64,000 bases of DNA from Actinomycetota bacterium (GCA_019348255.1 JAHWJU010000002.1:7132-71131); one strand, 5' to 3'. Positions 35,554 to 45,096 are shown, counted from the first letter of the stretch. The notes: a model not told the origin generated them from the letters alone. Program-made: numbers and translations.

Positions 35554-37530
35554 GTGGAAGTCCTCGACGCCGCCTGGCTCATCCCGGCGCTGCCACTGGC
35601 TGGCTTCTTCACGCTGCTCGTGGCCGGCCGGCGGCTGGGCGACCCGCTGGCCGGATGGGTCGGAACCTCGGCCATGGCCGGCGCCTTCCTCGCCGCGCTG
35701 GTGATGTTCGGGCGCCTCCTCTCCCTGCCCGGAGAGGAGCGCCGTCACGTGGCCAGGCTGTTCGCCTGGGTACCGGTGGGGGGCTTGCAGGTGGACGTGG
35801 CCTTCCTGGTCGACCCCCTGTCGATCACGATGGCCCTGTTCGTCACTGGGATCGGCATGCTCATCCACCTGTACTCCGTGGGCTACATGCACGGTGACGA
35901 GCGCTTCCCCACCTTCTTCGTCTACCTGAACCTCTTCGCCTTCTCGATGCTGGTGCTGGTGCTGGCCGACAACCTCCTTCTCACTTTCCTGGGTTGGGAG
36001 GGAGTGGGAGCCTGCTCGTACTTCCTCATCTCCTTCTGGTTCACCCGGGAATCCGCGGCGGTGGCGGGCAAGAAGGCATTCGTCACCAACCGCATCGGCG
36101 ACTTCGGCTTCATGATCGCCATGTTCCTGCTCTTCGCCAGCATCGGGTCGCTCGACTACTACGGCAGCGCCGGCGTCCTCACCAACGCCGAGCGGCTCTC
36201 CACCTACACGGCCTCGGCCGTCGCCCTGCTGCTCTTCCTCGGGGCCGTCGGCAAGTCTGCCCAGCTACCGCTGTTCGTCTGGCTCCCCGACGCCATGGAG
36301 GGCCCCACTCCCGTCTCTGCGCTCATCCATGCCGCGACCATGGTGACGGCCGGCGTCTACCTGCTGTGCCGGGCGGCTCCCATCCTGGTCGAGGCCGACC
36401 CCGCGGTGACCATGCTCATCGCCGTGGTGGGGGCGGCGACGGCGCTGTTCGCGGCCACCGTGGCCTGTGCGCAGGACGACATCAAGAAGGTCCTCGCCTA
36501 CTCGACCGTGAGCCAGCTCGGGTACATGGTGCTGGCGGTGGGTTCGGGCGCCTACGTGGCCGCCATCTTCCACATGGTCACCCACGCGTTCTTCAAGGCA
36601 CTTCTCTTCCTCGGCGCCGGTTCGGTCATCCACGGGCTGCACGACGAACAGGACATGAAGCGGATGGGCTCGCTGCGCAAGTGGATGCCGGTGACGTGGG
36701 CCACGTTCATGGTCGGGTGGCTGGCCATCTCCGGATTTCCGGGGCTGTCCGGGTTCTGGTCCAAGGACGAGGTCCTGGCCGGGGCCTGGGGGAGGAGCCC
36801 GCTTCTGTGGCTGGCCGGCGTGGTGACCGCCCTGCTCACCGCCTACTACATGAGCCGCCAGGTCTTCCTCGTGTTCTACGGCGAGGAGCGTTGGCGGAGC
36901 GAGCCCGCGTCCGACAAGTCCGAGCTGACCGAGCCTGAACCCGAGGTGGGCGCGCCGGCCGGCGGTCACGGCGGCGGCGCCGCCGAGCCCCACGAGTCGC
37001 CGTGGGTGATGACCCTGCCCCTGGTCGTGCTCGCTGGCCTGGCCGCGGTGGGAGGGCTGTTGAACCTGCCGCTCTTCTCCAAGACGCTTTTCCTGGAGCA
37101 CTGGCTCGAGCCTTCCTTCGGTCACGCCGCCGAGCACCACGTGCTGGCGACCGGCACGAAGATCCTCCTCGGCGCCGCGGCCGGAGCGGCGGCGCTGGCC
37201 GGCATCGGGATCGCCTACGTCCGCTGGTACGGCCGGCGTCCGGAGGAGAACCAGGCACTGGAGCCGGCCCTGCTCAAGCGGGCGTGGGGCCTCGACGCCG
37301 CGTACGCCTCGGTGGTCGGTGGCCCCGGCCGTCTGGCCGCCAGCTGGGCTGCCTACACCTTCGACAAGCGCATAGTGGATGGGGCGGTGAACGGTGTGGC
37401 CACCCTGGTGCGGGAGGGTGGAGGGCGCCTCCGGAGGGTGCAGACCGGCTTCGTGCGCAACTACGCGCTGGGCATAGCCGGCGGGGTCGTGCTGCTCCTG
37501 GCCTGGACGCTGGCCCGGGTGGGGCTGTGA
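35554..37530 (+). CDS. nuoL: NADH-quinone oxidoreductase subunit L
   Basis: ND5 family: FLGWEGVGACSYFLISFW, KSAQLPLFVWLPDAMEGPTPVSALIHAATMV, and the C-terminal lateral-helix region. Confidence 0.9.
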   Translation: MEVLDAAWLIPALPLAGFFTLLVAGRRLGDPLAGWVGTSAMAGAFLAALVMFGRLLSLPGEERRHVARLFAWVPVGGLQVDVAFLVDPLSITMALFVTGIGMLIHLYSVGYMHGDERFPTFFVYLNLFAFSMLVLVLADNLLLTFLGWEGVGACSYFLISFWFTRESAAVAGKKAFVTNRIGDFGFMIAMFLLFASIGSLDYYGSAGVLTNAERLSTYTASAVALLLFLGAVGKSAQLPLFVWLPDAMEGPTPVSALIHAATMVTAGVYLLCRAAPILVEADPAVTMLIAVVGAATALFAATVACAQDDIKKVLAYSTVSQLGYMVLAVGSGAYVAAIFHMVTHAFFKALLFLGAGSVIHGLHDEQDMKRMGSLRKWMPVTWATFMVGWLAISGFPGLSGFWSKDEVLAGAWGRSPLLWLAGVVTALLTAYYMSRQVFLVFYGEERWRSEPASDKSELTEPEPEVGAPAGGHGGGAAEPHESPWVMTLPLVVLAGLAAVGGLLNLPLFSKTLFLEHWLEPSFGHAAEHHVLATGTKILLGAAAGAAALAGIGIAYVRWYGRRPEENQALEPALLKRAWGLDAAYASVVGGPGRLAASWAAYTFDKRIVDGAVNGVATLVREGGGRLRRVQTGFVRNYALGIAGGVVLLLAWTLARVGL

Positions 37531-37538
37531 GCGGCCCG

Positions 37539-39140
37539 ATGATGGCCATCGCCGAGTCGGGCTCGGGGCCCGCCTTCCCGCTGCTGAGCGCGCTGGTGGT
37601 GGTTCCCGCAGCAGGGGCCCTGGTGGTGGCCCTCTTGCCGCGGTACCAAGAAGGGGTCATCCGCGTCGTGGGCCTGGTGACGACGGTGGCGGCGGCCGTG
37701 CTCGCCACCTTCATGGCCATCAACTTCAAGGCGGGCGCCGACGGGTTCCAGTTCCTCACCCGCCAGCAGTGGATCCCAGAGTTCGGGATCTCCTGGAAGC
37801 TCGGGGTGGACGGCATCTCGCTCTGGCTGGTCGTCCTCACCGCCCTGCTGTTCCCCATCGCCCTGGCGGGACCGATCGTCAAGAAAGACGTCAAGAACTA
37901 CACGGCGTGGATGCTCGTTCTAGAAGCCGGTTGCCTCGGCGTGTTCCTCGCCCTCGACCTCCTGGTCTTCTTCTTCTTCTTCGAGATCGTGCTCGTGCCC
38001 ATGTACTTCCTGATCGCGGGCTGGGGCTACGAGAACCGGGTGTATGCCAGCCTCAAGTTCTTCCTCTACACCCTGTTCGGCTCGGCCTTTTTGTTGGTGG
38101 GGATGCTGAGCCTCGTGTTCCTGCACCAGCGGGCCACGGGTGAGTTGACCTTCGACCTGGTCCGACTGGCCGAGAGCCAGTCGCTGGCCGAGTCCACTGC
38201 GCGGTGGCTGTTCCTGGCCTTCGCCGTCGCGTTCGCCGTGAAGGTCCCGCTGTTCCCCGTCCACACCTGGCTTCCCGACGCCCACACCGAGGCGCCGACG
38301 GCGGGCTCGGTGATCCTGGCCGGAGTCCTGTTGAAGCTGGGCACCTACGGGATCCTCCGCTTCGGGCTGTACCTGTTCCCCGCCGCCGCCGTCGACCTTG
38401 CGCCGGTGCTGCTCACCATGGCCACGATCGGCATCGTCTACGGCGCCCTCGTGGCGGCCATGCAGAAGGACCTGAAGCGCCTGGTGGCGTACTCGTCGGT
38501 GGCCCACCTCGGCTTCATCATCCTGGGCACCTTCGCGTTCACCCGCCAGGGCCTCTCCGGCGGCGTGCTCCAGATGGTCAACCACGGCATCTCGACCGGG
38601 GCGCTGTTCCTCCTCGTCGGCATGATCTACGAGCGCCGGCACACCCGCCAGATCGCCGAGTTGAACGGGTTGCAGAAGCCGGCGCCGGTGCTGGCCGCCG
38701 TGTTCATGGTCGTGATGCTCTCCTCGGTGGGCCTGCCGGTGCTCAACGGCTTCGTCGGCGAGTTCCTGATCCTGCTAGGAACCTTCGCCACCCACCGCTG
38801 GTACGCAGTCGTGGGCACCGCCGGCGTCGTCCTGGCCGCGGTGTATCTCCTGTGGGCCTACCAGCGGGTGTTCCACGGCGAGCCGCAGGGTGACAACCGG
38901 ACCATCCCCGACATGACCTGGCGGGAGCGGGGCGTCATGGTGCCCCTGCTGGTCGCCATCGTCGCACTGGGGGTCTACCCGAAGCCGGTGCTCGACCGGA
39001 TCGAGCCTTCGGTGGCCAGCCTGGTGGCCCACATCGAACAGCACAGCGACTTCCGGGAGCCGGGAGTGGCCAAGGGTAGGGGTGCCGGCGCCGACAAGGC
39101 GCCAGAGGAGCCACACGCGGCTGACGGGGGCCACCCATGA
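37539..39140 (+). CDS. nuoM: NADH-quinone oxidoreductase subunit M
   Basis: ND4 family: FFFEIVLVPMYFLI and VKVPLFPVHTWLPDAHTEAPTAGSVILAGVLLKLG; ATG 37539. Confidence 0.9.
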   Translation: MMAIAESGSGPAFPLLSALVVVPAAGALVVALLPRYQEGVIRVVGLVTTVAAAVLATFMAINFKAGADGFQFLTRQQWIPEFGISWKLGVDGISLWLVVLTALLFPIALAGPIVKKDVKNYTAWMLVLEAGCLGVFLALDLLVFFFFFEIVLVPMYFLIAGWGYENRVYASLKFFLYTLFGSAFLLVGMLSLVFLHQRATGELTFDLVRLAESQSLAESTARWLFLAFAVAFAVKVPLFPVHTWLPDAHTEAPTAGSVILAGVLLKLGTYGILRFGLYLFPAAAVDLAPVLLTMATIGIVYGALVAAMQKDLKRLVAYSSVAHLGFIILGTFAFTRQGLSGGVLQMVNHGISTGALFLLVGMIYERRHTRQIAELNGLQKPAPVLAAVFMVVMLSSVGLPVLNGFVGEFLILLGTFATHRWYAVVGTAGVVLAAVYLLWAYQRVFHGEPQGDNRTIPDMTWRERGVMVPLLVAIVALGVYPKPVLDRIEPSVASLVAHIEQHSDFREPGVAKGRGAGADKAPEEPHAADGGHP

Positions 39141-40648
39141 GCCTGCTCGCCCAGGCCGGCGAACAACTGGGCCCGGTGGCTCTCCCGCCGCTGGCCTACT
39201 CCGACATCGGGCCCATCCTCGTTCTCACCACCGCAGCGTTGGTGCTCCTGACCATCGCTTCGCTGGTGAAGGGCAGGCCGCCGGCCGGGTTCTATGCCCT
39301 CTTCACCCTCTGCAGCGCCGGCGTCGGCCTCCTCTCGTCGGCATGGCTGTGGCTCACGCTGGACGAGCAGGGGCCCCGCTTCGCCTTCGCCAACATGATC
39401 GCCGTCGACGGCTTCGCCATCTTCTTCTTCGTGGTCGTGTGCATCTCGATCGCATTGGCCGCCTTGGTGGCCGACAGCTACCTCCGCAGAGAAGGCCTCG
39501 ACGGGCCGGAGTTCTACGTGCTCGCCCTGCTGTCGGGAGCCGGCGGCATGCTGATGGCTGCCGCCAACGACCTGATCGTTATCTTCCTCGGCCTCGAGAC
39601 CCTGTCGATCGCCCTTTTCGTGCTGGCCGGCTTCCACCGCCGGCGCAGCGAGTCGAGCGAGGCCGCCATCAAGTACTTCGTCCTATCGGCGTTCTCGTCG
39701 GCGTTCCTGCTCTACGGGATAGCGCTCACCTACGGCGCAACCGGCACCACCAACCTGGCCGGGATAGCGCAATGGCTGGCCGCCAACATCGCCGTCAGCA
39801 ACGGGGTGTTGCTGGCCGGCACCGCGCTGCTGCTCGTGGGCTTCGGCTTCAAGGTGGCGGCCGTGCCCTTCCACACCTGGACACCCGACGTCTACCAGGG
39901 CTCGCCCACGCCCGTCACGGCGTTCATGGCCGGCGCTTCGAAGGCGGCCGGGTTCGCGGCGTTGCTCCGGGTGTTCTTCTCCACCTTCGGGGTGCTCAGC
40001 CTCGACTGGAAGCCGATCGTGTGGGCCTTGGCTGTTGCCAGCCTGGTTGTGGGTTCGGTCCTGGCCGTGGTGCAGAACGACATCAAGCGGATGCTGGCCT
40101 ACTCCTCCATCAGCCACGCCGGATACGTCCTCGTGGGCTTGCAGGCCGCCAGCGACCGGGGGATCGCGGGCGCTCTCTTCTATCTACTCGCCTACACCTT
40201 CATGGTCATGGGGTCCTTCGGCATCGCAACCCTCGTCGGCCGGCGGGGTGACGCCGAGCACCAGTTGGAGGCCTACCGCGGGCTTTCCACCCGGCGACCG
40301 GCCCTCGCCCTCGGCTTCGCCGTGCTTCTCATGGCCCAGGCCGGCGTCCCCTTCACCTCGGGCTTCCTGGCCAAGTTCTACGTGATCTCGGCTGCGGCCG
40401 ACAGCGGGTCCTACGCGTTGGCCCTGGTGGCAATGCTGGCGGCCGTGGTGGCGGCGTTCTTCTACCTGCGGGTGATCCTGGTGATGTTCTCGCCGGTGGA
40501 GGAGGGTGGCGACAGCTCCCGGGTGCCGGTGCCGTTCTCGGCCGCCCTGGGTCTCATCTCGGCGGTCGCCTTCACCCTCGTCGCCGGCTTCCCCATCACC
40601 TCCGGCGCGTTCTTCGAGTTCGCCCGGCGGGCCACCCTGTTGTTCTGA
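39137..40648 (+). CDS. nuoN: NADH-quinone oxidoreductase subunit N
   Basis: ND2 family: FLGLETLSIALFVL and FKVAAVPFHTWTPDVYQGSPTPVTAFMA; ATGA overlap with nuoM. Confidence 0.9.
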   Translation: MSLLAQAGEQLGPVALPPLAYSDIGPILVLTTAALVLLTIASLVKGRPPAGFYALFTLCSAGVGLLSSAWLWLTLDEQGPRFAFANMIAVDGFAIFFFVVVCISIALAALVADSYLRREGLDGPEFYVLALLSGAGGMLMAAANDLIVIFLGLETLSIALFVLAGFHRRRSESSEAAIKYFVLSAFSSAFLLYGIALTYGATGTTNLAGIAQWLAANIAVSNGVLLAGTALLLVGFGFKVAAVPFHTWTPDVYQGSPTPVTAFMAGASKAAGFAALLRVFFSTFGVLSLDWKPIVWALAVASLVVGSVLAVVQNDIKRMLAYSSISHAGYVLVGLQAASDRGIAGALFYLLAYTFMVMGSFGIATLVGRRGDAEHQLEAYRGLSTRRPALALGFAVLLMAQAGVPFTSGFLAKFYVISAAADSGSYALALVAMLAAVVAAFFYLRVILVMFSPVEEGGDSSRVPVPFSAALGLISAVAFTLVAGFPITSGAFFEFARRATLLF

Positions 40649-40682
40649 GCCGGCTTCCCGTCCTCGGGCCCGCGCACCTGTG

Positions 40683-41672
40683 TCAGCCGGCGCCGCTCTT
40701 CAGGGCCCATCCCTCGAGGGTGCGCTTGACCCGGCCCAGGAAGGCCGGCGCCAGTATCACCTCCAGGGCCTCGAGCAGTGCCGGCAGCGGTGGGTAGTTG
40801 GCGAGGACCCAACGGGCGAACATCCCGTCGTCCATCCACGCCGCCAGCTCGGGGGCCACCAGCGTCGTCTCCGACTGACGCACCACGCTGGTGCGCAGTG
40901 TCCGCCAGTCCAGGGTGTCGGCAAGGGCGCGGCCGGCGGTGGTGAGGTCGTCGACGCCGGGCCGCCGGCCCAACGACCGCAGCCACGCAGACGCGGGGTG
41001 CCCCTGGGCTGCCTCCGCCCAAGAGATCCCCCTCGGCGCAGACAACAGCCGCTGCAGCCACATGACGGCGAACAGCTCCGCCGTGGTCGTGGGAGGAGGA
41101 GGCGTGGGTACCCCGAGGCACCTACGGAGCGCGTCGACGACCGCTCCCTGCGGCGGCTCGTCGGTGACCGTGCCGTCGTCCAGCGCGGCGGTGGCGCAGG
41201 CGTTGCCCGTGCGGTCGACCAACGTCACCACCCGCACCCGGCGACGCTCGGGGTGCGCGGAGGGGCATTCGCTGGTGGTGCCGTGACGGACGTCGGCGGT
41301 GGTCGACGGGGCGGCCCATCCGAAGCACACGGCCCCGAGCGCCAACCACTGGTCGGGCGCTCGGAAGCCCAGGAGGTGGTCGAGGGGGTGGACGCCCTCC
41401 GGAAGAGCTCGCTGTCCCAGGAGCACGACCGAGGGGTCGGACCTGTCGGTTTCGACCATCACGAGCCGGTGGGGCTGGAACCACCCCTCGCCGGTGGATG
41501 CAGCATCGACCAGGGTGACCAGTCGGTCGAGGAGGTCGACCTCGGCCAAGCGGGGTGCGGGGGCGGGGATCACGGGCGGCACCTCTCGTTCGTCGAAAAA
41601 CGAAGGAGCCGGCGGAGGGTGAGCGCCCTTGTCGCAACGCGGGGCTCCGATCCACCGCGCCCGATCAGCCAA
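40683..41672 (-). CDS. Hypothetical protein (329 aa), no recognised domain
   Basis: Long ORF with non-repetitive composition, last gene of a 4-gene minus-strand cluster. I do not recognise any motif. Confidence 0.45.
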   Translation of the reverse strand: MADRARWIGAPRCDKGAHPPPAPSFFDEREVPPVIPAPAPRLAEVDLLDRLVTLVDAASTGEGWFQPHRLVMVETDRSDPSVVLLGQRALPEGVHPLDHLLGFRAPDQWLALGAVCFGWAAPSTTADVRHGTTSECPSAHPERRRVRVVTLVDRTGNACATAALDDGTVTDEPPQGAVVDALRRCLGVPTPPPPTTTAELFAVMWLQRLLSAPRGISWAEAAQGHPASAWLRSLGRRPGVDDLTTAGRALADTLDWRTLRTSVVRQSETTLVAPELAAWMDDGMFARWVLANYPPLPALLEALEVILAPAFLGRVKRTLEGWALKSGAG

Positions 41673-41713
41673 CCATCATCGGGGCGCAGCAGGCAAGGAC
41701 TGCCGCGTGATTT

Positions 41714-42685
41714 TCAACGAGCCCGGTCGAGCCGGATCTGCACCGCCGATCCACTGCCGGCGGTGTCGGCGAACGCCACAGTCGCACCCATCGCCTCGAC
41801 CAGCCGGGTGACGATCGAGAGGCCGAGCCCGATGCCGGGGCCGTCGCTGGGCCGGTCGAGGCGACCGAACGGCTCGAACACGGTTGACCGCTCGGCGGCC
41901 GGCACACCGGGTCCGCCGTCGGACACGGTCAACACGACGTGGCGGTCTCCGTCGGCTTCGAAGATCAACCGAACCGGTGGTCGGCCGTGGAGGTGGGCGT
42001 TGTCGATCAGTTCCTTGACCGCCCGGCGCAGCGTCTGCGTCCGCCCCACCACCAGCAGCGACCTCGGGCCCCGCAGGTCGGTCGGGCGGCCGATCCTTTC
42101 TGCCTCGCCGACCAGGTCGCGGCCCACAGCAGCAGCGTCAACTCGCTCGTCGACGGCGGGCTCGACGAAGTTGACCGAGGCGGCCGACCTCATGTGCTTG
42201 AGCATCACGGCAAGGTGGTGTGCGGCATCCGGTGCGCCCTCCCGCCGCTGTTTTTCGTACAGTCGGGCCTCGGCCAGGGCGTTGGCGGCGATGCCGGCGA
42301 ACACGCCGGCGGCGACGAGGTCGTGGTTGGCGTAGTGACGCCCGGCCACGGCGGACAGGTTGAGGATGCCGAACAGGCGGCCTTGTTGGACGAAGGGCAC
42401 GCACATCGCGCTGTCGACGGAGCGCCGGAGCTTTCCGGTCCGGCCCGAGACCAAGATCGCCTTCTGGGTCGCCGCCACCTTGCCGGCGATGCCCTGACCG
42501 AAGGGGACACGTGCGCCCAGCGCCGCGGGATTGTCCGGCGCTGCCACGACCTCGAGCTCGCCGGCGCCGGCAACGAGCATGATCGAGCCCTCTGCCTCGA
42601 AGAGCCGGGCCGCGCTCGTCAGGATGACATCGAGGACCGCATCCACCTGTAGCGGCGCCGACTCCCCGTTGCCTCCCCCAGCCAC
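41714..42685 (-). CDS. GAF-domain protein with histidine-kinase-type ATPase (HATPase_c) domain
   Basis: N-terminal GAF-like region (LFEAEGSIMLV...GQGIAGKVAATQKAILV...CVPFVQQGRLFGILNL). C-terminal N/G1/G2 boxes (ELIDNAHLHG, SDGGPGV, GIGLGLSIV). No canonical H-box is visible. Confidence 0.7.
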   Translation of the reverse strand: MAGGGNGESAPLQVDAVLDVILTSAARLFEAEGSIMLVAGAGELEVVAAPDNPAALGARVPFGQGIAGKVAATQKAILVSGRTGKLRRSVDSAMCVPFVQQGRLFGILNLSAVAGRHYANHDLVAAGVFAGIAANALAEARLYEKQRREGAPDAAHHLAVMLKHMRSAASVNFVEPAVDERVDAAAVGRDLVGEAERIGRPTDLRGPRSLLVVGRTQTLRRAVKELIDNAHLHGRPPVRLIFEADGDRHVVLTVSDGGPGVPAAERSTVFEPFGRLDRPSDGPGIGLGLSIVTRLVEAMGATVAFADTAGSGSAVQIRLDRAR

Positions 42686-42731
42686 GCCGTCGATGGTGGC
42701 AGAAACCGGGGGCGGGAAGGCAACGCGCTCT

Positions 42732-44450
42732 TCAGCGGGCGCTGAAGGCGCGGGCGGCCTCCAGCGCCGGGGTGGGGTCGCGCTCGGTGAACGCTCCTTC
42801 CACCTTCATGCAGTCCCCCTCTGTGAGGCCCCACAGCCCGGGCTCGCCGGCATCGGCAGCAGCGAAGATGCGCAGGACCGAGCCGTCGGGACCGAACACC
42901 GTGCCGGTGAGGAGGGTGCCCTCCGCCAGGGGCTCGAACTGCAGGTCCACCGCCACCTCCTCCCCCGCCGGCGCAACGTCTGCGCCGGGCCGGACACCGA
43001 CCGTTCCGGCGAGCTCCTCGCCCACCGCAACGGTGACGGGGCCGCCGGTATGGTGCAGCTTCGCCACCGTCAACAGCCGCGACTCGGGGCGGATGCTTAT
43101 GAGGAGTCCGGCGCTCGCCCAACCGCGCCTCGAACGGTCGACCACAACCGGTCTGGGCGGCAGGTGGTAGAGCCAGCATCCACCGCCGCAGGCGTCCGCC
43201 TGCCAGCCCGGCACCGGATGCTCCACGGTCACCACCCGCGTCCCGGACGGCAACTGCGCAAGGCGGGGTGCCAGCCGCTGCAAGGTGGCGGTGCTCAGGT
43301 AGGCGAACACGACATCGGCATCGAGCGGCGCCTGCGTGAAATCGGCTTCCGTGACGAGCCCGTCGACCCCGTGGTCCCGAAGGAGCTCCCGGGCTCTCGC
43401 CGCCAGCTCGGGATCGACCTCGATGCCCCGGACCGACGCACTTCGAAGGACGGCTGCTCGCAGCAGCACCCGGCCGTCGCCACACCCAACGTCGAGCAGC
43501 CGGTCTCCGGGGCCGAGGCCGGCGAGGTCGAATGCGAGGTCGACGCGCTCGTCACTGGTAGCCGACCAGGAAGGCCAGCGAGGCGTGGGAGACGGCCGGA
43601 GCTGCCGGGCGGCCGCCAGCACCGGCTCCATCCGGTCCTCGCCGGCCGCGGCAGCCACGTCTTGGCACCCTGGCTCGTTCAGCCCCCACACCCCGGGTTG
43701 GCCCGGATCCACGACCGCGAACACCCTCAAGCTCGCGCCGGCGGCGCCAGTGCCCAGATCCACGGCACCGCCGACAAAGGTTCCCTCCGGGAGGGGATCG
43801 AAGCGCAGGTCGACCACCACTTCGGCGCCGGCCTCGGCCTCGTCGGCTCCGGCCCTGACCGCGGCGACGTCCGCCAAGGCGCCGGTGACCTTGATGTCGA
43901 CGCGCCCGCCGGGGTGGTGCAGCTTCGTGGCCACCAGGGTGGAGTGATCGGGGCGCAGGCTGATGAGCAGGCCCGCCGTCGGCCACCCCCGGTGGTCCCG
44001 TTCGACCTCCTGCATCGCCACGGGGAGCCGGTAGAGGTAGCAGCCGTCGGCGGTTGCCGTCGCCACCCAGCCCGGTACGGCGTAACCGGTGGTGATCACC
44101 CGCGTCCCGGCGGCGAGGCCGTGGAGTCGGGGGGAGAGCCGTTGCAACGTGGCCGGGCTGAGGTAGGCGAACACCACGTCGGCGTCGAGAGGCGCTTCGG
44201 CGAAGTCCGCTTCGACGACGGTGCCGTCGATGCCGTTCTCCTCGAGCAGGGCGCGGGCTGTGGCCGCAAGGTCGGCGTCGAGCTCGACCCCCGTGACCGT
44301 GGCCTGGCGCTGTTGCGCGGCCCTCAGCAAGACCCGCCCGTCGCCACACCCCAAGTCGATGAAGTGCTCGCCGGCGGTCAGGTCGGCTAGCTCGAGCGCC
44401 CGGTCGATTCGGTCCTCAGTCGTCGCAGCCCAGAACGGCCACCCCGGCAC
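42732..44450 (-). CDS. Internally duplicated protein: two tandem modules, each a small class I SAM-methyltransferase domain plus a ~150-aa unknown domain
   Basis: Module 1 is at nt 43584-44450 and module 2 at nt 42735-43583. Both carry (I/L)D(L/V)GCGDGRVLLRAA (SAM motif I) and PLDADVVFAYLS..TLQRL.PRL. About half of aligned residues are identical by eye. Confidence 0.7.
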   Translation of the reverse strand: MPGWPFWAATTEDRIDRALELADLTAGEHFIDLGCGDGRVLLRAAQQRQATVTGVELDADLAATARALLEENGIDGTVVEADFAEAPLDADVVFAYLSPATLQRLSPRLHGLAAGTRVITTGYAVPGWVATATADGCYLYRLPVAMQEVERDHRGWPTAGLLISLRPDHSTLVATKLHHPGGRVDIKVTGALADVAAVRAGADEAEAGAEVVVDLRFDPLPEGTFVGGAVDLGTGAAGASLRVFAVVDPGQPGVWGLNEPGCQDVAAAAGEDRMEPVLAAARQLRPSPTPRWPSWSATSDERVDLAFDLAGLGPGDRLLDVGCGDGRVLLRAAVLRSASVRGIEVDPELAARARELLRDHGVDGLVTEADFTQAPLDADVVFAYLSTATLQRLAPRLAQLPSGTRVVTVEHPVPGWQADACGGGCWLYHLPPRPVVVDRSRRGWASAGLLISIRPESRLLTVAKLHHTGGPVTVAVGEELAGTVGVRPGADVAPAGEEVAVDLQFEPLAEGTLLTGTVFGPDGSVLRIFAAADAGEPGLWGLTEGDCMKVEGAFTERDPTPALEAARAFSAR

Positions 44451-44460
44451 GCCAGGGGTT

Positions 44461-45096
44461 CTACCAGACCGCTACCAGGCTCCGGCCATAGGCCTCTGGG
44501 GAATCGGCCGCCGGCGCCGCGCTGGCGGCGCCACGGGCCTCCCGCAACTCCGCGACCGCCGAACGAACCGCTTCCAGCGTCGTCTCCGTGAGCAGGTGGC
44601 GCCGGCCCAGCTCCGCCATCCAGCGGCCACTCTGGTCGCCGAAGAGAATGGCGACCGAGTCCACGACCTTCACCCCCGCCGGCTCCTCCGTGAGTCCCGG
44701 GCCGAACGCGAGCACAGCCGGCACGACCTCGACCCGCACCTCTTTCGCAGCCAGCGTGCGGCGCAGCCGTTCCGCGGCGACCCGAGCCCGGATGGAGGGC
44801 TTTCCCCTCGGATCGGGCCGGTTTGTCCACATGACCTGCACCGCCAGGACGCCGGCAGGACCAATGGCGACATGGTCGATGTCGATGCCGTCGATGGAGA
44901 TGTCGTCGGCGACGTACCAGCCCGCGTCCCGCAGGGCGTGGAGCACCCTGCGCTCGTCGCCTTCAAAGGGGCCCAGGGCCGCGGTTGGGAGCGGCCCTGC
45001 CAGCATCCGCAGGACTCGCCGCAGGACGGATGATCCGCGCCGTGGGCCCCTGCCCACGGGAGGAGCGGATGCCTCAGAGGCGATGCTTTGCGTCAT
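44461..45096 (-). CDS. NERD (nuclease-related domain)-like protein
   Basis: GDERRVLHALRDAGWYVADDISIDGIDIDHVAIGPAGVLAVQ resembles the NERD core (GE..V...L....W.V.HD....IDH..IGP.GV). ATG 45096 chosen; the upstream ORF part has no support. Confidence 0.55.
   Translation of the reverse strand: MTQSIASEASAPPVGRGPRRGSSVLRRVLRMLAGPLPTAALGPFEGDERRVLHALRDAGWYVADDISIDGIDIDHVAIGPAGVLAVQVMWTNRPDPRGKPSIRARVAAERLRRTLAAKEVRVEVVPAVLAFGPGLTEEPAGVKVVDSVAILFGDQSGRWMAELGRRHLLTETTLEAVRSAVAELREARGAASAAPAADSPEAYGRSLVAVW

Noticed and set aside
42732-44450. The internal duplication of the 572-aa methyltransferase as an assembly artefact or two separate genes.
   Set aside because: The two halves are in one uninterrupted frame and have diverged (roughly half of residues differ), with a small indel. 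This is not what a collapsed or duplicated assembly would produce.
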